Shown here: in pieces, positions 17,873 through 25,904 of the stretch
Position numbering within the stretch: position 1 is the first letter of the stretch
How the letters are laid out: each line of letters begins with the position of its first letter
Origin: a bacterium
Lineage (GTDB): Bacteria; Margulisbacteria; Marinamargulisbacteria; JABGVJ01
Length of the DNA stretch: 43,558 bases
Direction: 5' to 3'
NCBI GenBank assembly: GCA_018646105.1
Contig: JABGVJ010000020.1
Span: 1-43,558 of the forward strand
Program-made: the position numbers and the translations under genes
The notes under the pieces: model-generated
The model's input: the letters and a program-made list of their open reading frames with translations, nothing else
Told to the model about the DNA's origin: nothing
Database searches by the model: none

Positions 17873-19348
17873 TTAGATATACAGGTCCCTAGTACCGGAT
17901 TTGATTTTTTCGTAATTATTCAGCATAGAAGCATATAGTTCCGGGGAGTATTTAGAGGGGACTTGGGCTTTTACTTCTGCGATTTCTTGAGCAATGAGTT
18001 TCTCCCCTATTTTTTTAGTTTGGGGCGAGGCAAAGTCGTCTAGCCATTCACGAAATGTAAGGATTGCATTGATTTTGCAAAAATGACTTTCTTGCCCGCA
18101 TTTGAGCATATCCATAATTTTTTCACCGGTACGACCACAGCGATATCCAGAAGTGCAAAAAGAGGTAATATAGCCCATCTCGGCTAATTCCCGGACTACA
18201 GTGTCTAGGTCTCTGGGATCACCTATGGTGAATTGTTGACTATTCATTTTTTGTTTTTTGGCAAGCTTAGCATAGTCCCCAATACCGATTTTGGTTGAGG
18301 CGTCGGTTTGGGTACAGCCTAAGGATAAAGCTTGTTTTTTGATTTGGTCTTTTTCTCTAGCGGTGATGATCATTCCTGTATAGGGAACAGATAATCTGAT
18401 GATAGTGACGAGTTTTTTAAAATCTGTGTCTGACACTTCATGTTGCGGATGCGAGGCAGGGGCGTTTTGAGCAGGAGTGAGACGTGGAAAAGAAATGGTA
18501 TGGGGACCCACTCCAAATTTGTTTTCCAGCTCAATAGCATGATATAAAAGTCCCATAACTTCAAACCGCCAGTCATAGAGGCCAAAAAGAGCACCAATAG
18601 CTACATCATCAATACCCGCTTCAAAAGCACGGTGTAGTGCATACAAACGCCATTGATAATTACCTTTGATAGTGTCTTGCGGATGCATTTTTTGATAAGT
18701 TTCGTGATGATACGTTTCCTGAAAAACTTGATAAGTACCAATCCCAGCTTTTTTTAGAAGTTTGAGATCTGCTACGGACATAGGTGCTGCATTGACATTG
18801 ACCCGGCGGATATTTCCAAAGCCGTGTTTGGTTTTTTCTTTGACGCTGTAAATCGTTTTGATCGTGTCAACCATATAATGAATGTCAGAAGATGGATGTT
18901 CACCATAAACCGCAATAATTCTTTTATGCCCTATTTTGCCAGCTATAGCCTGAGTTTCAGCACGTACTTGTTCTAAAGTAAGCTGGTTTCTTTTTAGGTC
19001 TTTGTTATCTCTTCTAAAGCCACAATATAAACAGTTGTTTAGGCAATGGTTAGAACAATACAGAGGAGCAAAAGTAACAATACGGTTATCATAGACTTTT
19101 TTTTTGATTTCGTCTGCGGCTACAAACATTTCTTGCCAGAGGTCTGGGTCCTGGACATTGATGAGGGTGGCGGTTTCGTCAGGGGTGAGGGTTTTGATAG
19201 CCAGGGATTTTTGGATAATAGCGCGGACTTTAGTTTTGTCTGGTTGTATATGAGCCTTGATTTGCTGCCATATTTTATGGTCATCAATAAAGTCTTGATG
19301 GTTTTTTAAATATTTTTCATATTCTGCTTTTTTTATAATAGGTTGCAT
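17873..19348 (-). CDS. hydG: [FeFe]-hydrogenase H-cluster radical SAM maturase HydG
   Basis: FAPLY, CLNNCLYC, IRRVNVN, GIGTYQVFQETYH, GVGPHTISFPR, VPYTGMI, C-terminal CTSGYRC-x19-C auxiliary cluster motif, and GTRDLY. Confidence 0.92.
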   Translation of the reverse strand: MQPIIKKAEYEKYLKNHQDFIDDHKIWQQIKAHIQPDKTKVRAIIQKSLAIKTLTPDETATLINVQDPDLWQEMFVAADEIKKKVYDNRIVTFAPLYCSNHCLNNCLYCGFRRDNKDLKRNQLTLEQVRAETQAIAGKIGHKRIIAVYGEHPSSDIHYMVDTIKTIYSVKEKTKHGFGNIRRVNVNAAPMSVADLKLLKKAGIGTYQVFQETYHHETYQKMHPQDTIKGNYQWRLYALHRAFEAGIDDVAIGALFGLYDWRFEVMGLLYHAIELENKFGVGPHTISFPRLTPAQNAPASHPQHEVSDTDFKKLVTIIRLSVPYTGMIITAREKDQIKKQALSLGCTQTDASTKIGIGDYAKLAKKQKMNSQQFTIGDPRDLDTVVRELAEMGYITSFCTSGYRCGRTGEKIMDMLKCGQESHFCKINAILTFREWLDDFASPQTKKIGEKLIAQEIAEVKAQVPSKYSPELYASMLNNYEKIKSGTRDLYI

Positions 19349-19410
19349 GGCGTGATTATGATAACAAGGGGTGAGGCTGGCGGCAAGTCATATGCTACCG
19401 GAGAGAAATA

Positions 19411-19464
19411 CGTGCCTTTACCCCTCGCACTTCGTGCCACCCTTTTTCCACCAGTAGAGAGGGT
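19411..19464 (+). repeat. Degenerate REP-like element
   Basis: CGTGCCTTTACCCCTCGCACTTCGTGCCACCCTTTTTCCACCAGTAGAGAGGG resembles the 30678 variant with its GCRC-TTC-GYGC mini-hairpin. Confidence 0.7.
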
Positions 19465-19472
19465 AATGTAGG

Positions 19473-19510
19473 TTGATTTTTTAGTTTAGTTACATTATAA
19501 TGTTATTAAA
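19473..19510 (+). promoter_or_regulatory. sigma70 promoter with overlapping 26-bp palindromic operator (copy 1)
   Basis: TTGATT-N17-TATAAT; TTTAGTTACATTATAATGTTATTAAA at 19485-19510. Confidence 0.78.
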
Positions 19511-19562
19511 GATCAAATTTATGCTGATGTATTATTTTTTTAAGGTTTAATTATTTTGGTAA

Positions 19563-20294
19563 ATGGGAGGGGTAAGGTTGCTGAAGAAGGTTGTAAGTTT
19601 AAGGCTTAAAGATGTTACCTTTGAAACAACTTTTAGTACGATTCTAGATGCGATAGCAAAAAAAATACCACCCGAAATTTTAACCAAATTAAATGCACAA
19701 TATAGTAATGCTAGTTCAAAAGATAAACTAAAAAGGCTTTGTTTTCCTTATACGGTAGGGGTACTAGTAAACGGGACTTTACCTTCGGGTGATCAATTAC
19801 CTAGATTACAAACCATTTATGAAGCATGTGAAAAGAAATTTGATGGTTCATCTGGAATTTTACCTGAAAAATATCAAATAGAATTTGGGGTTAATGAAGA
19901 ACCTAGGTCTGTAATGGAGCCAGTTGCTAAAGAGCAAATTTATGAAGAAGTCAGGGATTTTTATAAAGAAATACAGGATAATATAACTGGTCTTCTAGCA
20001 ATGCTGATTGAAGGCTCTTTTTTGATTTTTAATCTGGCCCATGGGCCTCAAAATTGTCATTCTATAGGTTTAAAAAAAGCTGAAGACGATAAATATTTAT
20101 GGGTAGATACAAATATGAGGGATAAAAAGATGCTTATACCAAGAACTAATTTAAGGGCAGTTTTGTTTTATGTTTTTACTTTATATGCTTTGCATTATGA
20201 AAACAAACTTTCTCATTTTTGGCCTATTGGTTATTCTGCGAGAGTGACTGCTCCTAAAAAACGGATGGCAGTTGCTCTTGCGGGGGGAAAATAG
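19563..20294 (+). CDS. Orphan protein, putative YopT/C58-like papain-fold cysteine protease (paralog 1)
   Basis: RLC60FPY ... RLQT ... CH166SIGL ... LWVD182TN. Motif similarity to the 23238 and 25905 ORFs. The start may be the CTG/TTG a few codons downstream of GGGAGG. Confidence 0.6.
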   Translation: MGGVRLLKKVVSLRLKDVTFETTFSTILDAIAKKIPPEILTKLNAQYSNASSKDKLKRLCFPYTVGVLVNGTLPSGDQLPRLQTIYEACEKKFDGSSGILPEKYQIEFGVNEEPRSVMEPVAKEQIYEEVRDFYKEIQDNITGLLAMLIEGSFLIFNLAHGPQNCHSIGLKKAEDDKYLWVDTNMRDKKMLIPRTNLRAVLFYVFTLYALHYENKLSHFWPIGYSARVTAPKKRMAVALAGGK

Positions 20295-21717
20295 AGGCCC
20301 AGATTTCCTCTAAGTCTAATAAAGGACTTTGGCTTTCAATGTAACCCTGAAAAGTACTTATTAATTCTGCGGATAGTACTGGCCTATCTCCAGCAAGATA
20401 AAGGTTCATATAGGCTAAGACAAATAGTCTTAATTGATCTAAGTGGTTTTGGCTATCCAGTTGACTTGCTGTGGAACTAATTTTACTTTCTAACTGAGAT
20501 ATGGCCTCTGAAATTTTGTCGCTTGCTGTTTCTGGATTGCTAAGTTGTTTTCCTAATTCTATGGCGTTTTCCAATATATTCTCGCTATCAAATACCTCAA
20601 AAAATAGAATATTATATAAAGTAGTTAATGTTCCCCAGGTATCATCTGCTTGAGTTATGATGAATTTAGGGGATTTGATTTTCCTTTCTTTTTGTTCAAA
20701 ATATGATACGGCTCTTTGGGGAGGAACGTTTGACGTTGAGCCAAATTTAACATTTTTTATCGTGCATCCTTCTGGACGTGCTATTCCTAGATCGGCTATT
20801 TTTATTCTAAATGGGGAATGAGTACTTTGACAAACTAATAAATTAGAAGGTTTAAGGTCGGCCATTATTATTTTGCCTCTTACTTTATCATGCTCCATTT
20901 CTGATTCATGTATTTCCTGTATTCCCTTTAAGACATGGTCTACTATGGTATAAAGTAGGGCATATACTTGATCAGGGGGTGTTTTTGTATTTTCAGAGAA
21001 GCTTTGAAGCTTAGGTATTAAATTTTCGACATCACCATACTGAGCTAATTGCATGATAAGTTGCCCTGTTATGTTTCCTTCTACTCTAATTACATGGTTA
21101 GCTGTTTGAATAGCTTCAAGAGCCGTTTCTTCTGCGGGGGTTGATTGTTTTATTGCGAGAGCTGTCTTCCTTCCTGTACTATCTTGAAAAAGAGCCCTCC
21201 ACACAGGGCTTTCTTGTCCTCCCTCACCAATTATTTCTTCCATAGTAATCGTAGGAGCTTGAAGACTATAGGGTGACGACTTAAATTTAAAATGTTTTCC
21301 GCCTGGGGTTTTTTTGGGGTTTCTGTATTTACATAGTGTTGACAGCCTGGTGTATGGGGTAATGGGGCTAGCGGAGCTATCTGGTATTGCAGTCTGAGTA
21401 TCTGGCTCGTCTATCTCTAATCCTAGGATAGTTACCATTCTATTATAAATTTCTAATGGACCTGGTGGTGATGCGGCGGCTGCGATGTCTGGGGAGGTAG
21501 TATCTGTTGTTGATGTATCTTCTCCTAGAAGGCCCCAAATATCAAGATCGTCACCATCACTAGAGTCTGTAGTGCATGTAGAATCTGTAGCTTTTGTATT
21601 TGTTGTTAATGGTTCTAGGAATTGAACGACTGTCTTTCTTAAAGTTGTTGTTTTTCCAGTCATACCTGGAAATTTAGTTTTTTGTATAGCCATAATTTTT
21701 AATTTAATAAATAACAT
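20254..21717 (-). CDS. Hanks-type Ser/Thr protein kinase with long low-complexity N-terminus
   Basis: IGEGGQ glycine loop, ALAIK, MADLKPSNLL catalytic loop, IKIADLGIA, GST-x-x-x-PPQ and DTWG. Confidence 0.82.
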   Translation of the reverse strand: MLFIKLKIMAIQKTKFPGMTGKTTTLRKTVVQFLEPLTTNTKATDSTCTTDSSDGDDLDIWGLLGEDTSTTDTTSPDIAAAASPPGPLEIYNRMVTILGLEIDEPDTQTAIPDSSASPITPYTRLSTLCKYRNPKKTPGGKHFKFKSSPYSLQAPTITMEEIIGEGGQESPVWRALFQDSTGRKTALAIKQSTPAEETALEAIQTANHVIRVEGNITGQLIMQLAQYGDVENLIPKLQSFSENTKTPPDQVYALLYTIVDHVLKGIQEIHESEMEHDKVRGKIIMADLKPSNLLVCQSTHSPFRIKIADLGIARPEGCTIKNVKFGSTSNVPPQRAVSYFEQKERKIKSPKFIITQADDTWGTLTTLYNILFFEVFDSENILENAIELGKQLSNPETASDKISEAISQLESKISSTASQLDSQNHLDQLRLFVLAYMNLYLAGDRPVLSAELISTFQGYIESQSPLLDLEEIWASIFPPQEQLPSVF

Positions 21718-21754
21718 TAGTTTTCCCCCTAGGATTTTTTTTATTTCTATCTAA

Positions 21755-21783
21755 GTTATCGGATATAGTAAAAAAAAATTTCA
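21755..21783 (-). promoter_or_regulatory. Putative sigma28-like promoter
   Basis: Minus strand TGAA-N17-CCGATAAC, 37 nt upstream of the kinase ATG. Confidence 0.62.
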
Positions 21784-21870
21784 GTTTATTTATTTAGATG
21801 TAGGTGCCGGGTGTTATTTTTTCAGTTTGAGCATAAAAGGGGTCGGTGCAAAAGTGTTTTGTGTTTAAGT

Positions 21871-21908
21871 TTGACTTTTGATTTTAGTTACATTAGAATG
21901 TTATTAGA
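21871..21908 (+). promoter_or_regulatory. sigma70 promoter with overlapping palindromic operator (copy 2)
   Basis: TTGACT-N17-TAGAAT; TTTAGTTACATTAGAATGTTATTAGA at 21883-21908 (24/26 identical to copies 1 and 3). Confidence 0.78.
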
Positions 21909-21935
21909 GTTAATAATTGATCTGAAAGGATAAAT

Positions 21936-23216
21936 ATGCCAATCTATAAATTTAATCCTTGGTGGCAAACGCTTGAAATTGATGAGGATGTAAAACCAGG
22001 AGTTGAACGACCTGTTTTGAGAGAATTACAAAAAGAATTGTCTAACCGCAAAATTGTGGTTTTGTCTGGTTTGAGAAGAACGGGTAAATCTACTTTGATG
22101 CAACAGATGATCCAATTTTTGGTGCGAAAAAAAGGAGTTTTAGCGAAACGTATTATTTATATGGCGTTTAGCCAGGAAAATAATGAGCTGGAAAATATCA
22201 TTGATCGTTATCTTAAAGAAGTTTTACGAGGTACGGAACAAGAAAAGCAGAAAATTTATATTTTTTTAGATGAGATCCAGTATGTACCACAATGGCAAAA
22301 AGTATTGAGTGTATATTTTGCGAAACATAAAAATTTTAAGTTTTTTATTTCTGGATCCATGGTTTTGCACGTAGGTGAACATACCCCGAAAAATATTAAA
22401 AATAAATTTAAAGAAATTGAAGTAAAACCTTTGGATTTTGAAGAGTATCTGAATCTCAAGGGTATACAGATAGACGCAAAACAGGAAAAAAAATATGAGC
22501 AGGAAATGAAAACGTATTTTAGAAATTATTTGTTGCACGGAGGTTTTATAGAAACTCAAAAATTGGATGCGGGTATGCGTAGACAATATATTAAAGAAAA
22601 TATTTTGGAACGTATTATTTATAAAGATATTCCGCAAAATTTTCGGGTTTCAAAACCAGGGGTTTTAAATAGATTGGTCAGGCTGATTGCTTATGAACCA
22701 GGGGTTTTTGGGAATTTTAAACATATTGCCAAAAAGCTAAGTTGTGATCAGCGTACGATTGCTAGATATGTCAGTTATCTGGAGAAGTCGGGATTAGTGA
22801 GAAATTTATATAATTTTGGTTTATCTCCTTTACAAAAAGAAAAATCTTTAAAAAAACTATATTTGACGAATACAGCTTTTAATCTGGCTATTTCTCCTGA
22901 AATTGATTTTGAAAAATTATTAACCCAATTTTATGTGAATTTGTTTGAGGCTAACTTTTTTAGTTTGAGTGCGCAAAAACAATTAATCAAAGTAGTTTTG
23001 CAAAACGAAGACAAAATAATTCCTTTGGAAATTGATTTATCAGAACAGGTTTCTAGTTTACTGGTAAAAAAACTTTTTCTTTTTATGCAAAAACATCAGC
23101 TGACCAAAGGGTATGTGATCACGCTAAACAAAAAAAATGTTTTGAAAAAAGCAGATATGAAAATAGAGCTTATACCCTATTGGCGGTATGGAACAGTGTT
23201 AAAGAAAATAAAATAA
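21936..23216 (+). CDS. AAA_14 / DUF4143 family ATP-binding protein
   Basis: FNPWW, GLRRTGKST (Walker A), FLDEIQ (Walker B), ISGS, PLDFEEYL, YLLHGGF, IIYKDI and KKLYL. Confidence 0.88.
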   Translation: MPIYKFNPWWQTLEIDEDVKPGVERPVLRELQKELSNRKIVVLSGLRRTGKSTLMQQMIQFLVRKKGVLAKRIIYMAFSQENNELENIIDRYLKEVLRGTEQEKQKIYIFLDEIQYVPQWQKVLSVYFAKHKNFKFFISGSMVLHVGEHTPKNIKNKFKEIEVKPLDFEEYLNLKGIQIDAKQEKKYEQEMKTYFRNYLLHGGFIETQKLDAGMRRQYIKENILERIIYKDIPQNFRVSKPGVLNRLVRLIAYEPGVFGNFKHIAKKLSCDQRTIARYVSYLEKSGLVRNLYNFGLSPLQKEKSLKKLYLTNTAFNLAISPEIDFEKLLTQFYVNLFEANFFSLSAQKQLIKVVLQNEDKIIPLEIDLSEQVSSLLVKKLFLFMQKHQLTKGYVITLNKKNVLKKADMKIELIPYWRYGTVLKKIK

Positions 23217-23237
23217 AAAACATGGGGGTTTTTTTAG

Positions 23238-23981
23238 ATGCGAAAAATGATTGCGGTTAGTAACGAAGTAGCACAGCAGGCAGCAACGGCGGTTTTGTGT
23301 AGAGAGGTTGTAACCAGTGCCTCTAAATATAACGCTATGCTGAGATGGCCGCCTTTGGCTGCGGAATTTCAAAAGTGTTGTTTGGGATTTGTGATGTTTA
23401 TGCAGTTTTATAATAGGCCACCTAACACAATTGAGGATTGGAAAGAAGTAAAAAGGCTACAGACAGATATTAAAAACAAGCTTTATAACGGTTCTCCTTG
23501 TATGCCTCTAGAATATCAAAATAGATATAAAATATCAGAAGTATTTATTAATAAAGTAAATTTCAAGTCTGGGGATACTCAGGCTGATTACTTGAAATAT
23601 ATAGGTGTACTTTTAGATAATCCACTCATAATACTAAGGGGGCAAAATGGTTTTTGTGATTTTTACTTTACAATTTTGATTACGTCTAGCGACCATAAAG
23701 GTGTAGTAATAACAGAATTTATACCGCATGTGATGAAACTTAAATTTACGATGTCTGATCCGATGTGTATTTTTGATTTGAGTTTTAGAGAGGATACCGG
23801 AGAAGTTGCTAGAGAAAATTTAGATCAAGAAGTTTGGGATAGGATAAAATTTTATATGGGGCACTATAGTCAGAACTATATTGATAACGGGTTTAGTATT
23901 GAAACTTGTTTGGTGAGGAATATTTATGCGGTGTATTATACCCCAGAGCCGCGCGTAGGCGCGGCTCTGGGGGTAGGTTGA
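23238..23981 (+). CDS. Orphan protein, putative YopT/C58-like cysteine protease (paralog 2)
   Basis: KCC48LGF ... RLQT ... PH164VMKL ... CIFD180LS. Shares the RLQT...GS-x-x-x-P-x-x-YQ block with the 19563 ORF. Confidence 0.6.
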   Translation: MRKMIAVSNEVAQQAATAVLCREVVTSASKYNAMLRWPPLAAEFQKCCLGFVMFMQFYNRPPNTIEDWKEVKRLQTDIKNKLYNGSPCMPLEYQNRYKISEVFINKVNFKSGDTQADYLKYIGVLLDNPLIILRGQNGFCDFYFTILITSSDHKGVVITEFIPHVMKLKFTMSDPMCIFDLSFREDTGEVARENLDQEVWDRIKFYMGHYSQNYIDNGFSIETCLVRNIYAVYYTPEPRVGAALGVG

Positions 23982-23988
23982 TAATTCT

Positions 23989-24483
23989 TTAGATTTGAGA
24001 AGTCATACTTGTGTCTGAGGCATAATCAGCAGCCGGCGCTGTTTCTACTTCTGCCATAGTGGCTTCAAAACGTTGTTGCATTTTGCGGACTGTCTCTGGC
24101 GCAGTTAATTCTGTATCTCTTCGAGGTGCTCTAGGCGCGTCTGGTGTAGCGCCGTACCCTCTGTCGGCATGACGACCTTGTAGTCCTAGGCCTTCTTCAA
24201 GTTTTGTTTGCCTTGCACGCATTTCTACGTCATTTTGTTCTGAGAATGGTCTTGGAGCTAGTTGTTTAGGTGCCCTAATACGCTCCTCAGCGCTAAGCTG
24301 TTTTCTGTTTACCCATGGTGTATATTCGCTTGGTGATGGTTGTTGCTTGCTATATCCTGCGAGATCACCCGTTGGTTCTGCCGGTGCAGCTACCGCTGCT
24401 TTTTCTGGAGCAGGTGCATCTCCTCTGGTAGATTCAAATCTTTGTGGCGTTACTGAACTGTTTCCTGTTACTGATTTTAACAT
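23989..24483 (-). CDS. Hypothetical Ala/Pro/Arg-rich, probably disordered protein
   Basis: 164-aa ORF with GGGGG RBS. It is visibly more GC-rich than its neighbours. Confidence 0.7.
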   Translation of the reverse strand: MLKSVTGNSSVTPQRFESTRGDAPAPEKAAVAAPAEPTGDLAGYSKQQPSPSEYTPWVNRKQLSAEERIRAPKQLAPRPFSEQNDVEMRARQTKLEEGLGLQGRHADRGYGATPDAPRAPRRDTELTAPETVRKMQQRFEATMAEVETAPAADYASDTSMTSQI

Positions 24484-24516
24484 TTAATTTCCCCCTTTTT
24501 TTTGTTTTACTACTAA

Positions 24517-24545
24517 ATACTCGAAGTGATTTTGAAACTTATTGC
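24517..24545 (-). promoter_or_regulatory. Putative sigma28-like promoter
   Basis: Minus strand GCAA-N17-TCGAGTAT, with the same -10 element as at 25643-25650. Confidence 0.45.
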
Positions 24546-24629
24546 AATAAAATTATATTGATCTTTTCTGGTATTTAAAACAGGCGTTTTTTAAGCGAGA
24601 TGATTAGGTTGTCCCTGTGAAATCCAGAC

Positions 24630-25607
24630 TTAATTTGGTAGTTTTTCGATGCCCAACCATTTTAAAATTATTTCATTCGCACGGATTGTTTTTATCGGCA
24701 AGTTTCTATTGGTTAATAAAAGCCAGAGAACGTTTCTTAAACTTCCACTGAATCCTTTTTGTTCAAGTTGAATAGTCGTATCCAGCGCATCTAAAAAGGC
24801 TTCCACCAAGCCATTAAACTGGGCGTCATTTAAGGAATAAAGCTTTTTGAAGAAACTGCTATTCCTGTTCAAAATTCCGGAAGGGAACTGCTTTCTTTCT
24901 AAATGATCAAGAATTAACTTATTGTAATCGTAGCATGTTGCGGGTGAATCGTTTAAAACCTCTTTAACAGTCGCTACTTCACAGTCTTCAGATTTAATTC
25001 GAAACAAGGGATGGTCTCTTTCGAGATGGACTAAGCGTTCATCTAAGTCTTCTGCACTCATTTGCTTAACATTACCAAAAAAACCAGCCAAAAAACGTTC
25101 CACCGTTTGAACTTTTTTACCTGTACGTTGCATAAGCAGTCCTGCTCTGGGGCCTAATATAGTGTCTAATTTTATTCCTTGACTTAATTTTCTAAAAACT
25201 TCTCTTACATTTATTACCGGAGACCTTTTGCCTTGGGCATCTACAAAAAACGTGCTATCCGTTATATCCAAACGACGCGGTAAAACACCAGCCTCTATTA
25301 ATGGCCTGCTTAAAACCTCTGTCGTCAAACATTCCTCCAAAAGTGTTTGACAATATTCATCTGGGTTAAAACGCAATCTTTTTACTAAACCTCCTCTATC
25401 TATTACTTGGCTGTTTGTCTCTATCACTCTGAGTTGCCTTGGATGAGAACCCGTCCTTCTTTTTTTTCTGTGTGAGAGGCTTGCTAGACCTGCGTTTGAA
25501 GTTGATCTGACTCTAGTCTTTAATGATGGTGCTTCTTGTGCTTCATAAGAGAGTTCTCCTTCATTTTTTTCAACTATGGCAATAATCTTTAATTTAGTAA
25601 AATACAT
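24630..25607 (-). CDS. Hypothetical protein with KLKIIAI N-terminus and basic HRKKRR patch
   Basis: 325-aa ORF with GGGG RBS. Its N-terminus closely resembles that of the kinase. Confidence 0.75.
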   Translation of the reverse strand: MYFTKLKIIAIVEKNEGELSYEAQEAPSLKTRVRSTSNAGLASLSHRKKRRTGSHPRQLRVIETNSQVIDRGGLVKRLRFNPDEYCQTLLEECLTTEVLSRPLIEAGVLPRRLDITDSTFFVDAQGKRSPVINVREVFRKLSQGIKLDTILGPRAGLLMQRTGKKVQTVERFLAGFFGNVKQMSAEDLDERLVHLERDHPLFRIKSEDCEVATVKEVLNDSPATCYDYNKLILDHLERKQFPSGILNRNSSFFKKLYSLNDAQFNGLVEAFLDALDTTIQLEQKGFSGSLRNVLWLLLTNRNLPIKTIRANEIILKWLGIEKLPN

Positions 25608-25642
25608 TTATTTTCCCCAATAATAATTATAGTCTCTATATA

Positions 25643-25671
25643 ATACTCGAAAGTTTTAGAAAAAAAATTCA
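25643..25671 (-). promoter_or_regulatory. Putative sigma28-like promoter
   Basis: Minus strand TGAA-N17-TCGAGTAT, 35 nt upstream of the ATG. Confidence 0.55.
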
Positions 25672-25688
25672 CTTTAATTTCAGAACAA

Positions 25689-25768
25689 CGTGCCCTCACC
25701 CCCTAGCCCCCTCTCCCGTTGAAAAATTATCGTATCTCTCCGTAAGGCTATAGTCGGGAGAGGGGGAA
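25689..25768 (+). repeat. REP-like element, long-loop type A
   Basis: CGTGCCCTCACCCCCTAGCCCCCTCTCCCG-loop(...GTAAGGCTATAGT)-CGGGAGAGGGGG. The loop is related to the 37487 copy. Confidence 0.9.
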
Positions 25769-25808
25769 TTAAGATAACTAACTAATCTGTGTGAATCTGT
25801 GATCGTGG

Positions 25809-25846
25809 TTGTTTTTTTATTTTAGTTACATTATAATGTTATTAAA
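25809..25846 (+). promoter_or_regulatory. sigma70 promoter with overlapping palindromic operator (copy 3)
   Basis: TTGTTT-N17-TATAAT; 25821-25846 is identical to 19485-19510. Confidence 0.78.
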
Positions 25847-25904
25847 ATTAATATTTATGGTTATAGGTTGATTTTTTATTTAGAGAGAACTGGGAGGGGC
25901 AAAG

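Noticed and set aside
18090-18160. HydG inactivated by loss of the CX2CX22C motif (CTSGYR)
   Set aside because: The alternative CX5CX19C arrangement is present and is a known functional HydG variant.
17873-19348. ThiH (thiazole synthesis) instead of HydG
   Set aside because: The 491-aa length and the C-terminal Fe-S domain are HydG features that ThiH lacks, and there are no thi genes nearby.
19485-19510. Palindrome as a dif/Xer site, given xerD in the window
   Set aside because: dif has two 11-bp arms around a 6-bp spacer. This dyad has no spacer, occurs three times and is positioned exactly on a -10 box.
21803-21850. Possible structured RNA (GTGCCGG...TCGGTGC) between the divergent promoters
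   Set aside because: The stem is short and relies on several G-U pairs, with no recognisable tRNA or riboswitch features.
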